64,000 nucleotides of DNA, taken from positions 29,939-93,938 of the forward strand of contig ADNK01001577.1 in NCBI GenBank assembly GCA_000320545.1, written 5' to 3'. Below, piece after piece: positions 17,720 through 30,960 of the stretch. A program made the position numbers and the translations under genes. This DNA is from Bigelowiella natans CCMP2755 (Eukaryota; Protista; Cercozoa). The notes beneath the pieces were generated by a model. It searched no databases. It had not been told where the DNA came from and was given only the letters and a program-made list of their open reading frames with translations. The number at the start of each line of letters is the position of its first letter. Positions within the stretch are counted from its first letter, which is position 1.

Positions 17720-19074
17720 TTTCGCAGCAACTCCATCGTGCAAACATCGAGGCAACATACTGCCCACAATGGGCCAATCGTGGTTTTTCGAGCGAGAGGA
17801 CTACCGAACAACAAGTCACATCAGAGTTTGTATGAAATATTATTACAAAACTCAGATCCTCCGTCTACATGTAGAAAGTCTGCATCGTCGCCCTCTAATT
17901 TGAAACTTATGTGATGATCAGAATTGAATGGGTCGGAATCAGCTTTTGCAAGTTTTTCTAGTTCTTTAGTTGACCTCTCTATGACTAGCTTTGTTTTCTA
18001 CATTGCCATCACACCAAGCAGCCATCGCATGTGATTTGTATCGTTTAGATATAGTGGATCGGAACAGAAGCAAGTGTAGTAATCATCATCTGTGGATTTC
18101 TTGAACCCCACAATCCTGAAAAACTCTCCGTTGAACAGTAAGCCTATCTTGAGATCGTTCTCATTAGAATAATCTTTCTCGTTGCCGCTTTCTACATAGC
18201 TAAGCAATTGTCCCAGGACTCCGTTCGATTTCAGATTGTTGTCTGCCTTCTTGAATTAAATTGGAATGACCGGCGGAAGTGAAAGCGTCTCGCCGATAGA
18301 AACACACAGCACAGCATCTGGTTTCAGCATTGAATGTTTAGGCGATACTTCTCTTGTGGAATACGATTTTCCGGTCAGGCCATAGTGCCTATTTGTGCTT
18401 TCTAACGTAGTATCAGGACGCAAAGCTTGATGAATACGATGATCAAATTTTATAGTAATGGAGATATTTTCTTCACTAAAGAATCTCTTTTTACGTGGGC
18501 TGATGACGTTCCGATATAAATCTTCGACTTCGCTTTCTTTACTTCTGTTGTAGACCATGTTGTCGAAACTGTACACATCGCTATCACGTTCGGTATCTGG
18601 CAGCTCAAATATTTTGTAATCTTCGGCTGGAACGTCCACTACATAGTCTACCATGGATTGGAAAGCTGAACAATAGGAACTTGAGAACGCGTTTTCTTTA
18701 CTAGGTTCATCAACTTTGAATATCTTGTCATTTTGTTTCCGCTCCTCTACCACATTTTGCATGTGTGTATCTTTGATATCCTCAAACGAGGGTTTTACAC
18801 GGGCACTGGAGGTAGGAAAACGGATGGGTTGAGTGTGATCAACACTATAGCTCCGACCAAATTGAAAGGTGACAACGGAACTGTCAACTTTGGGTACACG
18901 GTGTCTACATCTGGAAGCCATTGAAACAAGCGAATGGAACGGCCCTGCCTTGGCAGCCATGTAGGAAGGTTTTCTTGAATAAAGAAAACGAGAATATCCA
19001 ATAGGAGAACGAAACATCGTGAAGGAGCTTTTATGGGCTAGATAGTAGTAGTATCCTTTGAGATTTGAGTGCAA
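17720..19074 (-). pseudogene. PD-(D/E)xK restriction-endonuclease-like ORF of Crinkler/RHS type, disrupted
   Basis: ORFs 18256-19074 and 17998-18207 share a frame: LKPDAVL...VIPI*FKK...LGQLLSY...IGLLFNGEFFRIV. TAA sits where E of ExK is expected, and a second in-frame TAG is at 17998. No introns seen. Confidence 0.6.
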
Positions 19075-19557
19075 ACATAATGCTTAGCCAGCCATTGTGA
19101 TAAGCAGTAGCAGTTAAAGTTGTAGCTACTTCAATGGAGGCTCACATCTTCAGTCCAAGCGAATGCAGGCCATTTTATTTGATAACTATACTGTTCTCTT
19201 GTGACGCAGTCACTTTTGTGCTTCAACATTGTTATCAACGTCCTTTGACACTTGATAGCGCTCGGTGATGAAGAAGAGACAAGTGTCACGCACTCCCAAT
19301 CTTGCAGATACTGATTAGTTTCTGAATCGGACGTATTGTGTTGCCGAATTGTAACAAAATGCCTTCAATTGCTACCTAACGTTGATTATCGAGGATACAT
19401 CGGGATCTGAATTGAATCTCCAGACATTATTACCTCAAAGGCGAATGGATGAATGACGAAGTATAGATAACGACTGATTCCTTTGGAGATAATCTCAGAC
19501 GCAGTGCAATTTTCTCTGAAGTGATTTGGATTTGGTCAAATCAACTCAAGAAAGCTC

Positions 19558-19615
19558 AATTGATAATACCAATCGACCAATCAGAGAATTGATGATACCA
19601 ATCGACCAATCAGAG
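19558..19615. repeat. Tandem 2 x 29-bp duplication holding four CCAAT boxes, between two divergent ORFs
   Basis: AATTGATAATACCAATCGACCAATCAGAG / AATTGATGATACCAATCGACCAATCAGAG. Confidence 0.85.
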
Positions 19616-20128
19616 CTTTCACCCGAGGGAAGTGGCCCTCGTACCAACGCTATTGCGCGACACGGCATCTTCGAGTACAGATGCTGTTGGTGAAATGTCG
19701 AAAAGAAATGGCGTTTTCCCATGACGACATGTATTAATTTCCTACCAGAAAACTAAAACGGCTCATGAACAGAAGAACCCTCACATGTCAGGAGCACTGC
19801 ACTTACGAGGGACGAGTACCAACTGAGGACAGACCAAATTGCAGGCCAATTCAGTCTTTGCGACATCCTTTTTCTGTCAGATCCATCTGAGCCATTTGAT
19901 TCCGATTCATCGGCTAGCTAGACAAAACAATAGACTTAACTTGACTATCTATATGGAGAATTTCTAGATCGTTTTTGGTTTACAGATTAGCTTAAATATG
20001 ATCTCACAATTTTATATTCAATTGTAATAGGTTATATTGGCGATATAATTTAAACTGATCAATAATTTAAACTGAAGCCTAACTGACAACGCCCTCTCTC
20101 CTCGCCTGGCAACTATGCTGGGCCACGG

Positions 20129-21712
20129 ATGGTTTCGAAGCTTTTAGTTAGACGATTCAAAAGGCTTCCAGGTTCTACATCCGGTTATTCGCACGCTCAT
20201 AAAGCTTGGAAAGAAAATTTCAATCGCTTTAAAGAACTACATTATGGTTGGGTGCACAGTGACAACCGCCTTGCTGAGCTTGAAAAAAGGATCCAGCAAA
20301 GAGAAGATGGGATTGAGAACACCTCGACTGAGTTCAAAAACATTGAAAAATTGAAGGAAGAGTTTCAGGTTGTAGCGAATGAGGCGAAGGAGAAGCTGCA
20401 AAAATCAAGAGACTATAGAGAGGTCGTTCTAGAATCAGCATACGAGACGTGCTGCCGTATCCAAGACAGGGAAGTTTGGTGGAAGCCAATAGATCCACAA
20501 AGCATAACAACAGCAAATGAAGTAATAGTCAGTAGTTCAGCAACCTCAGCAAATGATAAGGAGTCGTACAGTTTGCAAAAATTGAGACAGATCTGCAACT
20601 TGGTCCTCCAGCCAGCTGCTGATGGTTTTCATCTCGTCGATTTCAGAAAGGAATTTTTTTTCTCAGAGTTCTTGCTTTTACCTTGTTCGTATTTTCAATC
20701 AGTACGTTTTATCGTCGGACCCATAATATTGTCAGAGACAAAAAATGGATGTTTCAGTGAGAAGCAAATGGCGAAAGTTTTCCAGGATGTTCTTACAATA
20801 CATCATAATGCAATTCATCGAAGAAGATTCGGAGCCATGCTTTGGGACGGACAGTATGGTCAATGCCTTGAAATAGCACCTGCGCCTCGTGGATTCAAAT
20901 GTATTCGGTCTCCTGTGTTGGACAGTACGAAGTCAACGGATAGGCAGCTGTTGGTCGGTTTTTTGTCTTCAAGTGAGACGTGGGGATGGAACACCTACAA
21001 AAGCGTAGAAAAATTAGGTTGCAAGGAACCATTTGGCATTGGAATAAGTGCCATAGTATTCGAGCATATCCACAGTGATGGTATTGTGAAGGTTCAATTT
21101 CATGGATGGGAACATAGCATTCATGAGGAGCGGGAAATCTTGCGCCAATTGGAGAACATGAAATCGGACTTAATTCCAAATTTGAGCGAGTACGACGAGG
21201 ATGGCAGCGATCACCTTGTGATGCACCCCATAAGATATCCCACAAGAGAAATAATTCCATTATCTCATGTCGCAGCTTTGGTCATTGGTTGTCTTAAAGA
21301 GTTACACCAAGAAGGATACGTTCACTACGACCTGAAACCTGAGAATCTAATGTGGAAATACGATGCGAATGAAGTTTCGATGGAAGAAAATGAACTTGCA
21401 ATTGTAGACTTTCATACCATGCGAAAAATGAAAGATCGCTTTGTTCCTAGACATGGAACACCTACGTTTACCGCAGAAGAGGTGCATATCGCAGGATTGG
21501 AGGAAATGTCATCTCTCCGTCTCCGTCGCATGATTTGGAAACGATTGTCAAAGTTTTGTTATTTGTTGTCTTTGCCTAGGAATGAGGCTTTGTCATTTCA
21601 TAAAAAGACGGGAAAATTAGCAACAGTTCCCTACAAGCTGATCAATTTCTGGATATCCAGGCTGGAAGATAGTGCTCCATGGTCATGCATGCTGTCGGCA
21701 GCTCGATCATGA
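20129..21712 (+). pseudogene. Intronless coiled-coil plus protein-kinase ORF (Crinkler/FunK1-like), frameshifted near the 3' end
   Basis: GIGISAIVF (Gly loop), IVKV, HEEREIL, GYVHYDLKPENL, IVDFH, HGTPTF. Subdomain IX HDLETIVKV lies in another frame at ~21530 and is followed by stops. Confidence 0.72.
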
Positions 21713-22638
21713 AATCACGCAAAACTTGCAAGTCTCATTCGGAAAGAACTGTGTTCATAACACTTCGCTGAAGATGTTCAAACTTTACGCTGTTTGCAAG
21801 TAAAAAAAAGAAATTGCAAACTGACATCAGCGTACGCATGATTGCATGATCGCATCACATCTTTTTGGCATTTTGCACACCTCCACAATAGTCCACATCG
21901 TAGTGTTCATGTAGCAGTGCGAACACAAGCGATCGCTAGCGCGCACCTCATGGCATTTTAGTATTATCCAAATGGGCCATACTAGGGCCAAATCACATCG
22001 CAGCGTGAAAGCTAGCTCTGGAGCTAGCTAGCGCATCACATGAACATGCAATGGATGTGCACATTTGCATTGCAAATGCAGCTACACATATGAGTATAGG
22101 ATGACTATTGAACAAATTTAATTGATTAATTGCATCCGTCTCATTACATTTGCACGCCACATGTGAATCGTTTTATAGCGTGCTTTTAGCCAACAAACGC
22201 GCACTTCATCTACTAGCTACGTACGCCATGCAATGCTCGATGTGATCTTACACAAATACATGGACATAATAAAAAATCGATTGTTTTGCTGTGGAGTTAG
22301 GGAAACGAGATTAATGATGCGAGCATCCATTCGTGTTGGAATGCCACGAAACGAATGAAAAAATGCATGTCAGCGAGCACTGAAGCCTCTTATTGCGGGA
22401 GATTATTCCGACTAGGTATTTCTATGGCAAAATGCTCATGAATTTCGAATGCCAACCTTTACCGGCAAGATAATGATCAAAGATATGTACGATGAGGTCT
22501 TTATCTTAACAAAAACAGGAACCTGGCAATTCACCAAGACGGCAATCCAAAACTAATCGTGATTGTCCCCGCGTGAAAAAATTTTGGCTTCCAAGCTGCC
22601 TAGCTTGCTTCCCCGAAGAAATTAAGTTCGTTTCCTCT

Positions 22639-25600
22639 TCAGCTCCGGAGGAAATTTATCTTTCTAATACGCATGGTGAAGATCTTCCGCGTGCGGTGCG
22701 CAACGAACAGAGCACGGGAGGCTTCCCGATCGTCCTTAACAGCTGTGTGGTCAACTTCGTATATTTGCATGCCCCTTCGGATGCCTTGCGCCTCTGCCTG
22801 CGAATCCGCATCCACATTCATGACGATGAGTCGCTTGTATGAGAACCCAACGTAGCCGGCCGTGAACATGTAAACGTCCTCATTCGCTTTCTCAGCACTA
22901 TTCGGCGCCGCGCAGCAACACCATGCCAGGGGAAGGAAGCACAGGGCCTCGAGAATGGCAATCTGGAGGATGCGGAAGCAAAAGTCCTGTCCGAAGGACA
23001 GGAACGTGCTCTCCAGCCAGACCGCCGCATTGAATTTCATCTTCCATGATAGCACAGAGGTGATGAAGCAACAGCCTAGGATTACAGTGATTCCCAGCGC
23101 GAAGCCTATCCTGTCCCATTTCGTCCACACGTGATTGTCATCAGGCTCCTCCTCTTCCCGAACGCCCTCTCCTGCTTTGGACCTGCTGGACCTGGCGGGG
23201 GTGAACACCATGTTGCCGGTGCGCTTCGATACAAACATCTTGCGTTTGCGCCGAAGCTCCTTCTTTTCGCGATCATCACTTAAAACCCCTTCTCCTCCTC
23301 CTCCTCCTCCTCCCCCTAGATTGAATCGTTTGCTACTGCTTCCCCCGTGCGATGCCAGCAAGTTTTGGTTGGAGGTCGTAGGTACATCTGACACCTTTGG
23401 AGAGGACTCCTCGCTTGGGTTGCTGCCTTCAGGACCGCTAGTAGGAGTAGCCCCTGAGCAGAGAGATATAGATAGGCAGATATCGGGCAACCACACACGA
23501 AAACATAAATAACGAAAGATTAGGTACTTTCTCTTCCATACATTTCAACCGCATAAGTAGCATCCCAAACTCTCCCTCCCCCCTTTCCTCTTTCTCTCTC
23601 TTTCTCTCTCTGCTTCCTACAACAGTAACCTGGAAGAGAAAAGTTGTGGTTTTGCAGGTTGAGCTCAAGCCTGTCGGCCTGTGAGTCAGCTGAGTGATCT
23701 TCACTCCCAACAAGCACCTCATCCGATACAACCGTCGATGAAAGCTCCGGGTTCGCACTGCGTTTTTGCTCATGACAATTACGGCGTCCAGATAATTCGT
23801 TCGGTCTGGAGAGCGCGGATTTTGCTGCTGCTTCCCGTCCCTCCATGGCCTTTCTCTCCTTGGCGGGGAGCGCCGGCAACACGCCGCCAGCAATTGTGCG
23901 CGATCTCGCCTTAAATGGCTCTGCTTCATTAGAGTCATGAGTCTCGGAGCTTGCCGGGAGAACGTATAGCAAGCCTGCCTCTTTGGCTGCTGATTTTGCT
24001 TTATCTTCCCTCTCCCCCTTCGATTTTGACAAGAAGTTCTCACCGCCAGTGGCTGCAACGGCTCCGGTCGTAATGGCGAGGCCCAGGGACCTAGTGTGCT
24101 TTGCATCTCCTCCATCTTCATCACTGTCAGATGATTCGCCTTGATCTTTGTTGTGCTCATCGTCGTCAGCTTCGTCCAGATTATCATCGCCGTCCTCCTC
24201 CTCGGCGTCCATCCCTTCCCCGTCGTCATCCCCGCCCCCCATGTCCTCGATCATCAGCTCTCCGCCAAGGAGTCCGGAGAGGAGCAGCATCCAGCCGAAA
24301 CAAGAGGAAAGATGGTCCTGCCCGACTACGCTTACCGCAAGATGCTTTGGAACATGACGACGAAACACCGTTGTCATCGTGATGGGAATCGGTAGTGCCA
24401 TTAACATCGCTATAAGAGCAGTAGAGACCCCCACGCCCATCATAGGCAGCTGCTGCTCTTGCCCGACTAGCAGCGCGCACAAAGCCATCGTGTTGAAAAC
24501 CAGCACCGTGAGGATGAGAATGCGCTTCATGGAGGTCACGAAGTCGCCGGGATGGCGAATGCACAGAGCCATCCACGGGTGCTTCCTCCGCAACGACCAA
24601 TACGAAACCTCCCTGAAGGTTTTGAGCGATCTTGCCATGCTCTGCACTCGGATCTTGCGCTGGTAGTTGAAGTCTCTCCAGAAGTCCACGGAGAAGTTGT
24701 CGTCGCTTGATTGGATATGAGAGTCGTAGAAGTACGTGGCCACGAGCGCCAGGACGGCTAATCCGATGATGGATATCGAGGCTATGAATACCGTATTTCC
24801 AAGCGAGAACACGTCCTCGTTTACATCGTCCTCACCGAACGTATTGACGCCGACACTCAATCGCATGTGCACGGAAAACATCGTCAGGTGCGACGATTTG
24901 CAGTTAATCTGCTGCTCATTACCCGACGCCGTCGCGTTAGTTTGCAAGCCGCTTTCGGACCACGACTTAGACGTTTCGTCCCAGAATACGCAGGTGGGAG
25001 CACGGGGGCCATTTACTGATAATGAGGAGGCTGCAGATGGCATTGCGCCAGCCGCTGCTGGAGTAGCAAGAGAAATCCGAAAAGCGTCGGATGAGTCCAA
25101 CCCGGTCACGTTGAGTATCTGGCCTTCCTGCGTCTCAAGCTCCACGGCCATTGTTCCACCTATATCACTCGCATTGATTCGCTCTTGATTAGCCGTCTTC
25201 TCCGCGTACAGCCCCCCCGCCCCGCCAATCGACACCAGACTCACTCCCAAGCTTCCATCGTCGTCAGAGGAGGAAGCGGCCGAGGTGGAGGCGCTACGAA
25301 GTATTGCCAGGAGGGCGCTTTCGCTTGGCAGCTGAATAGAGGAGTTTTGGCTTGTGGTATAGCGTTTCTCTCCCAGAGATGCTATTGGAAGCCGTTGCGT
25401 TAGAACCTCCAAGATAGAAGAGCTGATGGTTTGTGCCTCCTCCCCTGTCTTCGCATTCTTTAAGCTGCCTCTCGCCAGCTTCGAGAGGCTAGTCTCCACC
25501 TGTAGATGTTCAAAAGGAGAATGAGTTTTCAATAATACAAATCCCCTGGTGGGGCGCGAAAGCAGGAGAAAGTCAAGAGAAATGACGAGCCTCACGTCCA

Positions 25601-27473
25601 TCTTACGCTATGTGAATGCGGATGAGATGTAGAATGTGTGTTGCTATTTTAGAAGTCGTTTGTGTCTCCGCCGCTGCCACCGCCGGAGTCGTATCGTTAT
25701 CTATCTTCCAACCAAAATCGCTAGCTTAAAACTCACCTGTTCCGTAAGAGCAGTGCGCTGGCCTAAGGCACCATTCTCATCTTCACTGTTTTGAATGAAG
25801 GAAATGACGCCGCTAACGGCGGAAGCGATGTTGGTGGAAATCTCGTCGGAGAACGTATTGAGCGCGTCGTCGTTGAGAGTCTCAACCGCGCTGATGATTG
25901 ATTCGCACGCCTCTGCATCTAGCTCGCTCGGCCCCCCGCTCGAGTCCGTCTGCGCGGCACTACGAGCCATCTCCGAAGGCAGCCTGACCTGAAGTTCCTC
26001 TGTCCCAAGTTTTCGCGCGCTTAAGTACGTTTGCAGCGTAGATGCCATGCTGCGCCGAATACTCACCCTCGTGGCGGTGTTGACCGCGCTATCGCTTGCT
26101 CCTTCTAGGTACGATGCGAGGCCGGTCATGACCACGGCCGCTGCAGCGGGGTCTCCAGAGAGGGCGCTCTCGTTCATAGCCTTCTCAAGATCTGAGATTT
26201 TAACGGGCGTCAGCACCGGCTGCGTGACGCTCACCGAAACATTGACCGGCGCTGCGAACGCGCGGTAGTAGTCCGCAACGTGAATTCTAATGGTGAGGGG
26301 GGAGGGTGTTCCAGGGTTGGCTGCTGCCTTCGCGGGGGAGGGCAGCAACGTGCTGCAGCTGGAGTAGACGCCAAGAGGGCAGAGTATAGACGGAAGAGCC
26401 GTCTCCGTTCCGGTAGTCCTTTCGGGAAGGAGGAGAGCTTCAAAGGCATATCTGATTGGAACGTCAGTATCTGCCCAGCCGCTGCACGAAAAGGTGAATT
26501 GCGTCTCGAGGGCGTCCCCAGAGCTCCTGTCGCTGCTGCATGCGCCGCCGGTTGGGGCGCTGTTGGTTGTGAAGGCTATGGTCGCGACGGAAGAAGAGCC
26601 TCCGGCCAGAGCTGTCGTAGTGGCCGAGAACACGTAGGAAGTGCCCTGTCACATAGCAAACGATTCCGGGGGCATGCGTGTTGATATTAGTATACGCGCA
26701 TTGCATGTACCGGGCTTCCCATGAACTTACGTGATGCGAATTCGCTCGTTAAAAAATATTTAAGCGTGGGCTTGCGCGCGCGCGTGTGTATGTGTATTTA
26801 ATTGTCAAATCCCGACTAACAAGTGCCTCCTCAGCCTAGTCTTCCCCCCCCTCTCTTCATACTACTACTACTACTACTACCGGAAGCAGAGCATTCGGTC
26901 TGAACACAAGCGAAGGGGAGTTGATGCCGGTCCTCAGCGTTTGACTCCTCGTCGCACCGTCGTTGAGGTCCAGCCCGCCAGCGCTGCAGCCCCACACCAC
27001 ACTCAGCCTACTCACGGCAACGTTGTCCGATTTGAGAGTGAGCGAGATTTTGTCGCTTGCGGCAGGGGGGTTCGGTCCCGTGGCATCGATCTGGATGCTG
27101 ACGGTGGGTGCCTCTGACTGTGCGGCGAAGATGAGCTGATGTGCTTCGGAGCTGCGGGGCGTTTCGAGGCCCCTGCTGTCTTTGAGAGGGATCCCCGTGA
27201 GCTGCAAGGTGAGGCGATACTGCGTATTCGGCGTGAGGCCGTCCGATGGCACGTACGCTTTCAAAGGATTCGTGGCGTCCGTGGTCTATTGTTGGAGACA
27301 ATGGTTGTTTGATCATGGGCGCGGTTAGTGATAATCATTAGATGATGCGGAAAAACTGAAATATTATCAACCTAAAGGGGACCCTTGAGGACACTCATAC
27401 GTATAAATGAGGCCTCAAACACCTACATACCCCTCCCCCTCCAAGAATCCCCCGAACTCTCTCTCTATTTCTC

Positions 27474-27513
<40 letters not shown>

Positions 27514-29508
27514 GTACAAAATTTGATATATGTATCTATTTGAGGAGTCCCTCAGCAAAACCAACCACGGCTGGCGAACTGCCGCCGCCAAGAGCTTGAA
27601 GCGTCCAGTTTGCCAGCGGCGTCTTCGTCCTATTGGCAGGGTCAAAGGAGGCCTCCCCCGAAAAGATAATTTTGTATCCAGGGCTGCTGCTGGATGTAGC
27701 AACAGTCCTGTTCGCACCTCCTCGGATAGCAGCATAGACACTGCGCTGTCTCACAGCCAGGACAACGACCTTGCTTGAATTTCCAAGGAGCGTCGGCGAT
27801 TGCAAACCACCACCACCACCAGCAGCCGCAATAGCAATATCTTCGGACGATGCGGAGACTTCAAAAGCGTAACGCTGACCCATGCGCAGGTTGCTAGGGG
27901 CTATGCTCAGCAATGAGGCGGACTGTGATGAGGCGAGGGTGATGATGTGGTCGCTAACGTTACTGGCAAACTGGGTTCCCAGAAGCAAATCCGAGCTTCC
28001 GAACACTTGCCTCCACCCCCTCACCCCGGTGCGGACTAGGGCATTGCCCTGTAGGCACGGTGCAGGCGTCGCCGAAGCCGAGACCGATACCGTATCGCTT
28101 GCATCAACCCATAACATCTGCACTGCTGCATCACCAAGCCCCCCCCCGAGTGCGATTCTAGGCTGTTTTATGCACTCTGACGGTGCAGTTGTCGCCGGGG
28201 ACGCAGTGGCCGGATGGCTCGTGGGCGAGGCCGTCAGTAAAGCGGGGGAGGATGTTGCTGGAGACGCGGAAGGAGACGTCGAAGGAGCGTCACTCGGAAA
28301 TGCCGTAGCTGGAGATTCCGACGGGCTGCTGGTTGGATTTTGTGAAGGATTGGTCGTTGGGTGTGTGGTACTGGGCGATATCGAAGGACTTGTGGTTGGC
28401 TGCGCACTGGGGGACACCGAAGGGCTTGTGGAAGCGACCGGCTGAGAGAGGGAGACGAAGGAGCAGGGAGTTAGTTGTGGGCCGGTGGGAATCAGAAACT
28501 TCACAATGCGATTGCATTGGCAATTGAGAGAAAAAGTATTTTCCAGGAAAAATGAAAAAAATAAGAAACAAGTGACGCTATCCCAGAATGGTAAGCTTCT
28601 CGATAGCGTTTTAGATTTGGGGTCGCAAGAGACAGGTTATTATGAATATCATTTTGGAAATGCACAATGAATAAATCTGCAAATAAATTCTGACGGAATG
28701 AAATTCAGCCGAGAGAACTAAAATAGCATCGTTTGTTTGGCAGCATGAATTTTTCATCCCGCACAGGTGAATAAAGTCAACAGGAAAAGTGGGAATCAAC
28801 TTTAAGTACGAGCATTCGATTATAAGCCATGTTTTGTGCTGACTCAGCTACCTCGCAGACGCATATTTTACTTATTGCATCGGTATATGAGCAATTCAAC
28901 GCAACCCCTCGATTACAGTATCTAATAAAAAAAGGGAAAATGGCACTGAAACATTTGCAACTGAGTGTAAAAAACCGTGACCCTGTCGCGAAGGAGACAT
29001 GATACGTTTGTATGGGGAAAAGTAGCACCAAGTATGCTTCTTTAATACTTACCGTTGCATCCCAGAGTAGTCATCATCGTAAGATTCTTTGCATTGCATC
29101 TTACCTCCTGACCAGGTGGTGCAGATAGTGGTGCAGGTATGCTTTGAACTGTCCCAATCATAAACCTCACACTCTGTGGCGGATTCAGCACACTTTTGGC
29201 CAGCGACAGTGCTGCTGAAGGATATATCGACCAAAGTGAATTCTGTGATGAGATCGCAGGCGCCTGTTGGTACGATGGAAGAGATTATAAAAAAGGAGAC
29301 AATTAATCCAAAATGGTAAGTGTTCTCATGCCTAATCGTCAACACCAATCTCCCCATCACTCCTCGGGTGTTTCCCCCTTTGAATTGTAACTTCAGTGTT
29401 CGTACCCTTAATCTATTCGCTACATAATAATTCGAGACCTGCATCGGCTTCTGGTAGAGATAGGCAAAGCCAGAGAAGAAAGGCCAGCACCGACGCCATT
29501 TTCACCAT
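22639..29508 (-). CDS. Polycystin-1-like receptor: signal peptide, Cys-rich module, Ser/Thr/Pro stalk, REJ, GAIN/GPS, about 5 TM, C-terminal PDZ-like domain
   Basis: MVKMASVLAFLLWLCLSLPEADA; TxxPS repeats; REJ motifs (SGEASFDP; TNSAPTGGAC..GDALETQFTFSCSGWAD..PIRYAF); GPS PTCVFWDETSKSWSESG..CKSSHLTMFSV; RRKHPW..FVTSMKRILIL; PDZ-like GYVGFSY..VMNVDADSQAEAQGIRRGMQIYEVD. Confidence 0.82.
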
Positions 29509-29879
29509 GTGTTTTAGCTATCTAAATGCTGCTCTGTGCCACTGCTTGAAGATGGCGCTATGAGGTATGGGATGTGCTGCTGGATACAATACCAGTGTAG
29601 AAGACCTTCATCATGAGTGTAGAGCGTGTGGTGATACTACGAAATGATACATGTATACGGGATGGGGAGGGCGCAATGCACGATGTAACCGTAACATTCA
29701 ACACGCCGTTATTTTCTTACGACATGAGATTGTTAGAAATATTCACATGATTACAGGCATTTTCCTCTAGTTCGAACTACCTATTTCACAGATGATTTGT
29801 TGGGTTTGAACCCGCACAAAATTAGATAAACTAGTAAAAACATGTATTTCTCCTTGTCGCAGTGATGAAACGCCATCTA

Positions 29880-30950
29880 AACGCACAACCGAACCTAAAA
29901 ACATGCTGTGCTCCGATCGCTCCGTGAGTCAAATTCCGCCATGACAAGATGGAGTGGACAAGTCTGGCACCTCTGGCGATCCTTGTGATCATCCTTGTTG
30001 GGATCATTGTTTGTCAGCTCTGGAGCTGTGGTGCCCATTGAAATTGCTTCACTCGCATCGCTAGATCGGCCCAACTAGCCAACCAGTCACGTGCTGTTCC
30101 ACGCTAGCTAGCTAGTCAGCTAGCACGTGCGATGCCGCACTGTCTCTGGCAATTTGAGCCCTGGACCAGCAAGCGCCATTTAGCTAGCTAGACTAGCCAC
30201 CTAGCCATGCTGGCATTTGTGCAACGTGCAGATGCGTGCCAGACACAGATCTAGAGATGCCCATGCTGGCTAGCATGCGATCGATGGACACAGCTAGACA
30301 GCGTCGAAAGTTGCGATCGAAGGAGCATTCTGGCATTCTGTCTGCGTCATTGTGGGCACGTCGCGCATGCGCGATGCGATGCTAGGGTGAGCTAGTGAGT
30401 GTGAACAGCACGCATGGAGACGTTAGACACATGCATTCAGCACGCAGAGACCAAGTCTCCATGCACGCGGAAATGCTAGCATGTCTAGATGTGGCAGTCT
30501 AGCAGTAGTCCATCTAGCCAGTGCTGAGTGTGCTGCGCAATGCCGCTTTGCATGCACGTGCTAGCGTGCAGCAGACCACCACACCATGCCCCACATTTCA
30601 TTTCCCATCTGCCGTCAGTAGGGGAACGACACAAAATTTTTGAAATGAAAATTCACCTACTGACGACCTACTGCTGAACTGAATTGCTAGAATGACATGG
30701 CAAAATCGCACGAGCATGACATGACATGTCAAGTGCTCACATTTGATTTCCCATCAGCAATCAGTAGCAAAATGTGCGAAAATGCGCAACATGAAAGCTT
30801 TGCCTACCATGTGTTTTGTGAAAACGATCTTTGTTAAAAATGACATAGCAAAATCCACAGCAGAGCATCACGCCATCGCTACATCTAAAATTCTAGCCAC
30901 AGTAGTGTGCGCCTCACTCATCGCTAATGATCGCTTCAACCTTTCGGATT
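29880..30950. other. TpA-depleted, CTAG-rich hypermutated intergenic patch
   Basis: In 30061-30600, 23 TA by hand count: 20 in CTAG and 3 in NTAG. TG/CA and CpG are abundant. Confidence 0.85.
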
Positions 30951-30960
30951 TCTCTTAGAT

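Noticed and set aside
29880-30950. CpG methylation decay or fungal-type RIP as the cause of the TG/CA excess
   Set aside because: CpG remains abundant and TA is lost rather than gained. Motif reversions in the helicase (K->E, Y->H/C) need A->G or T->C, not C->T.
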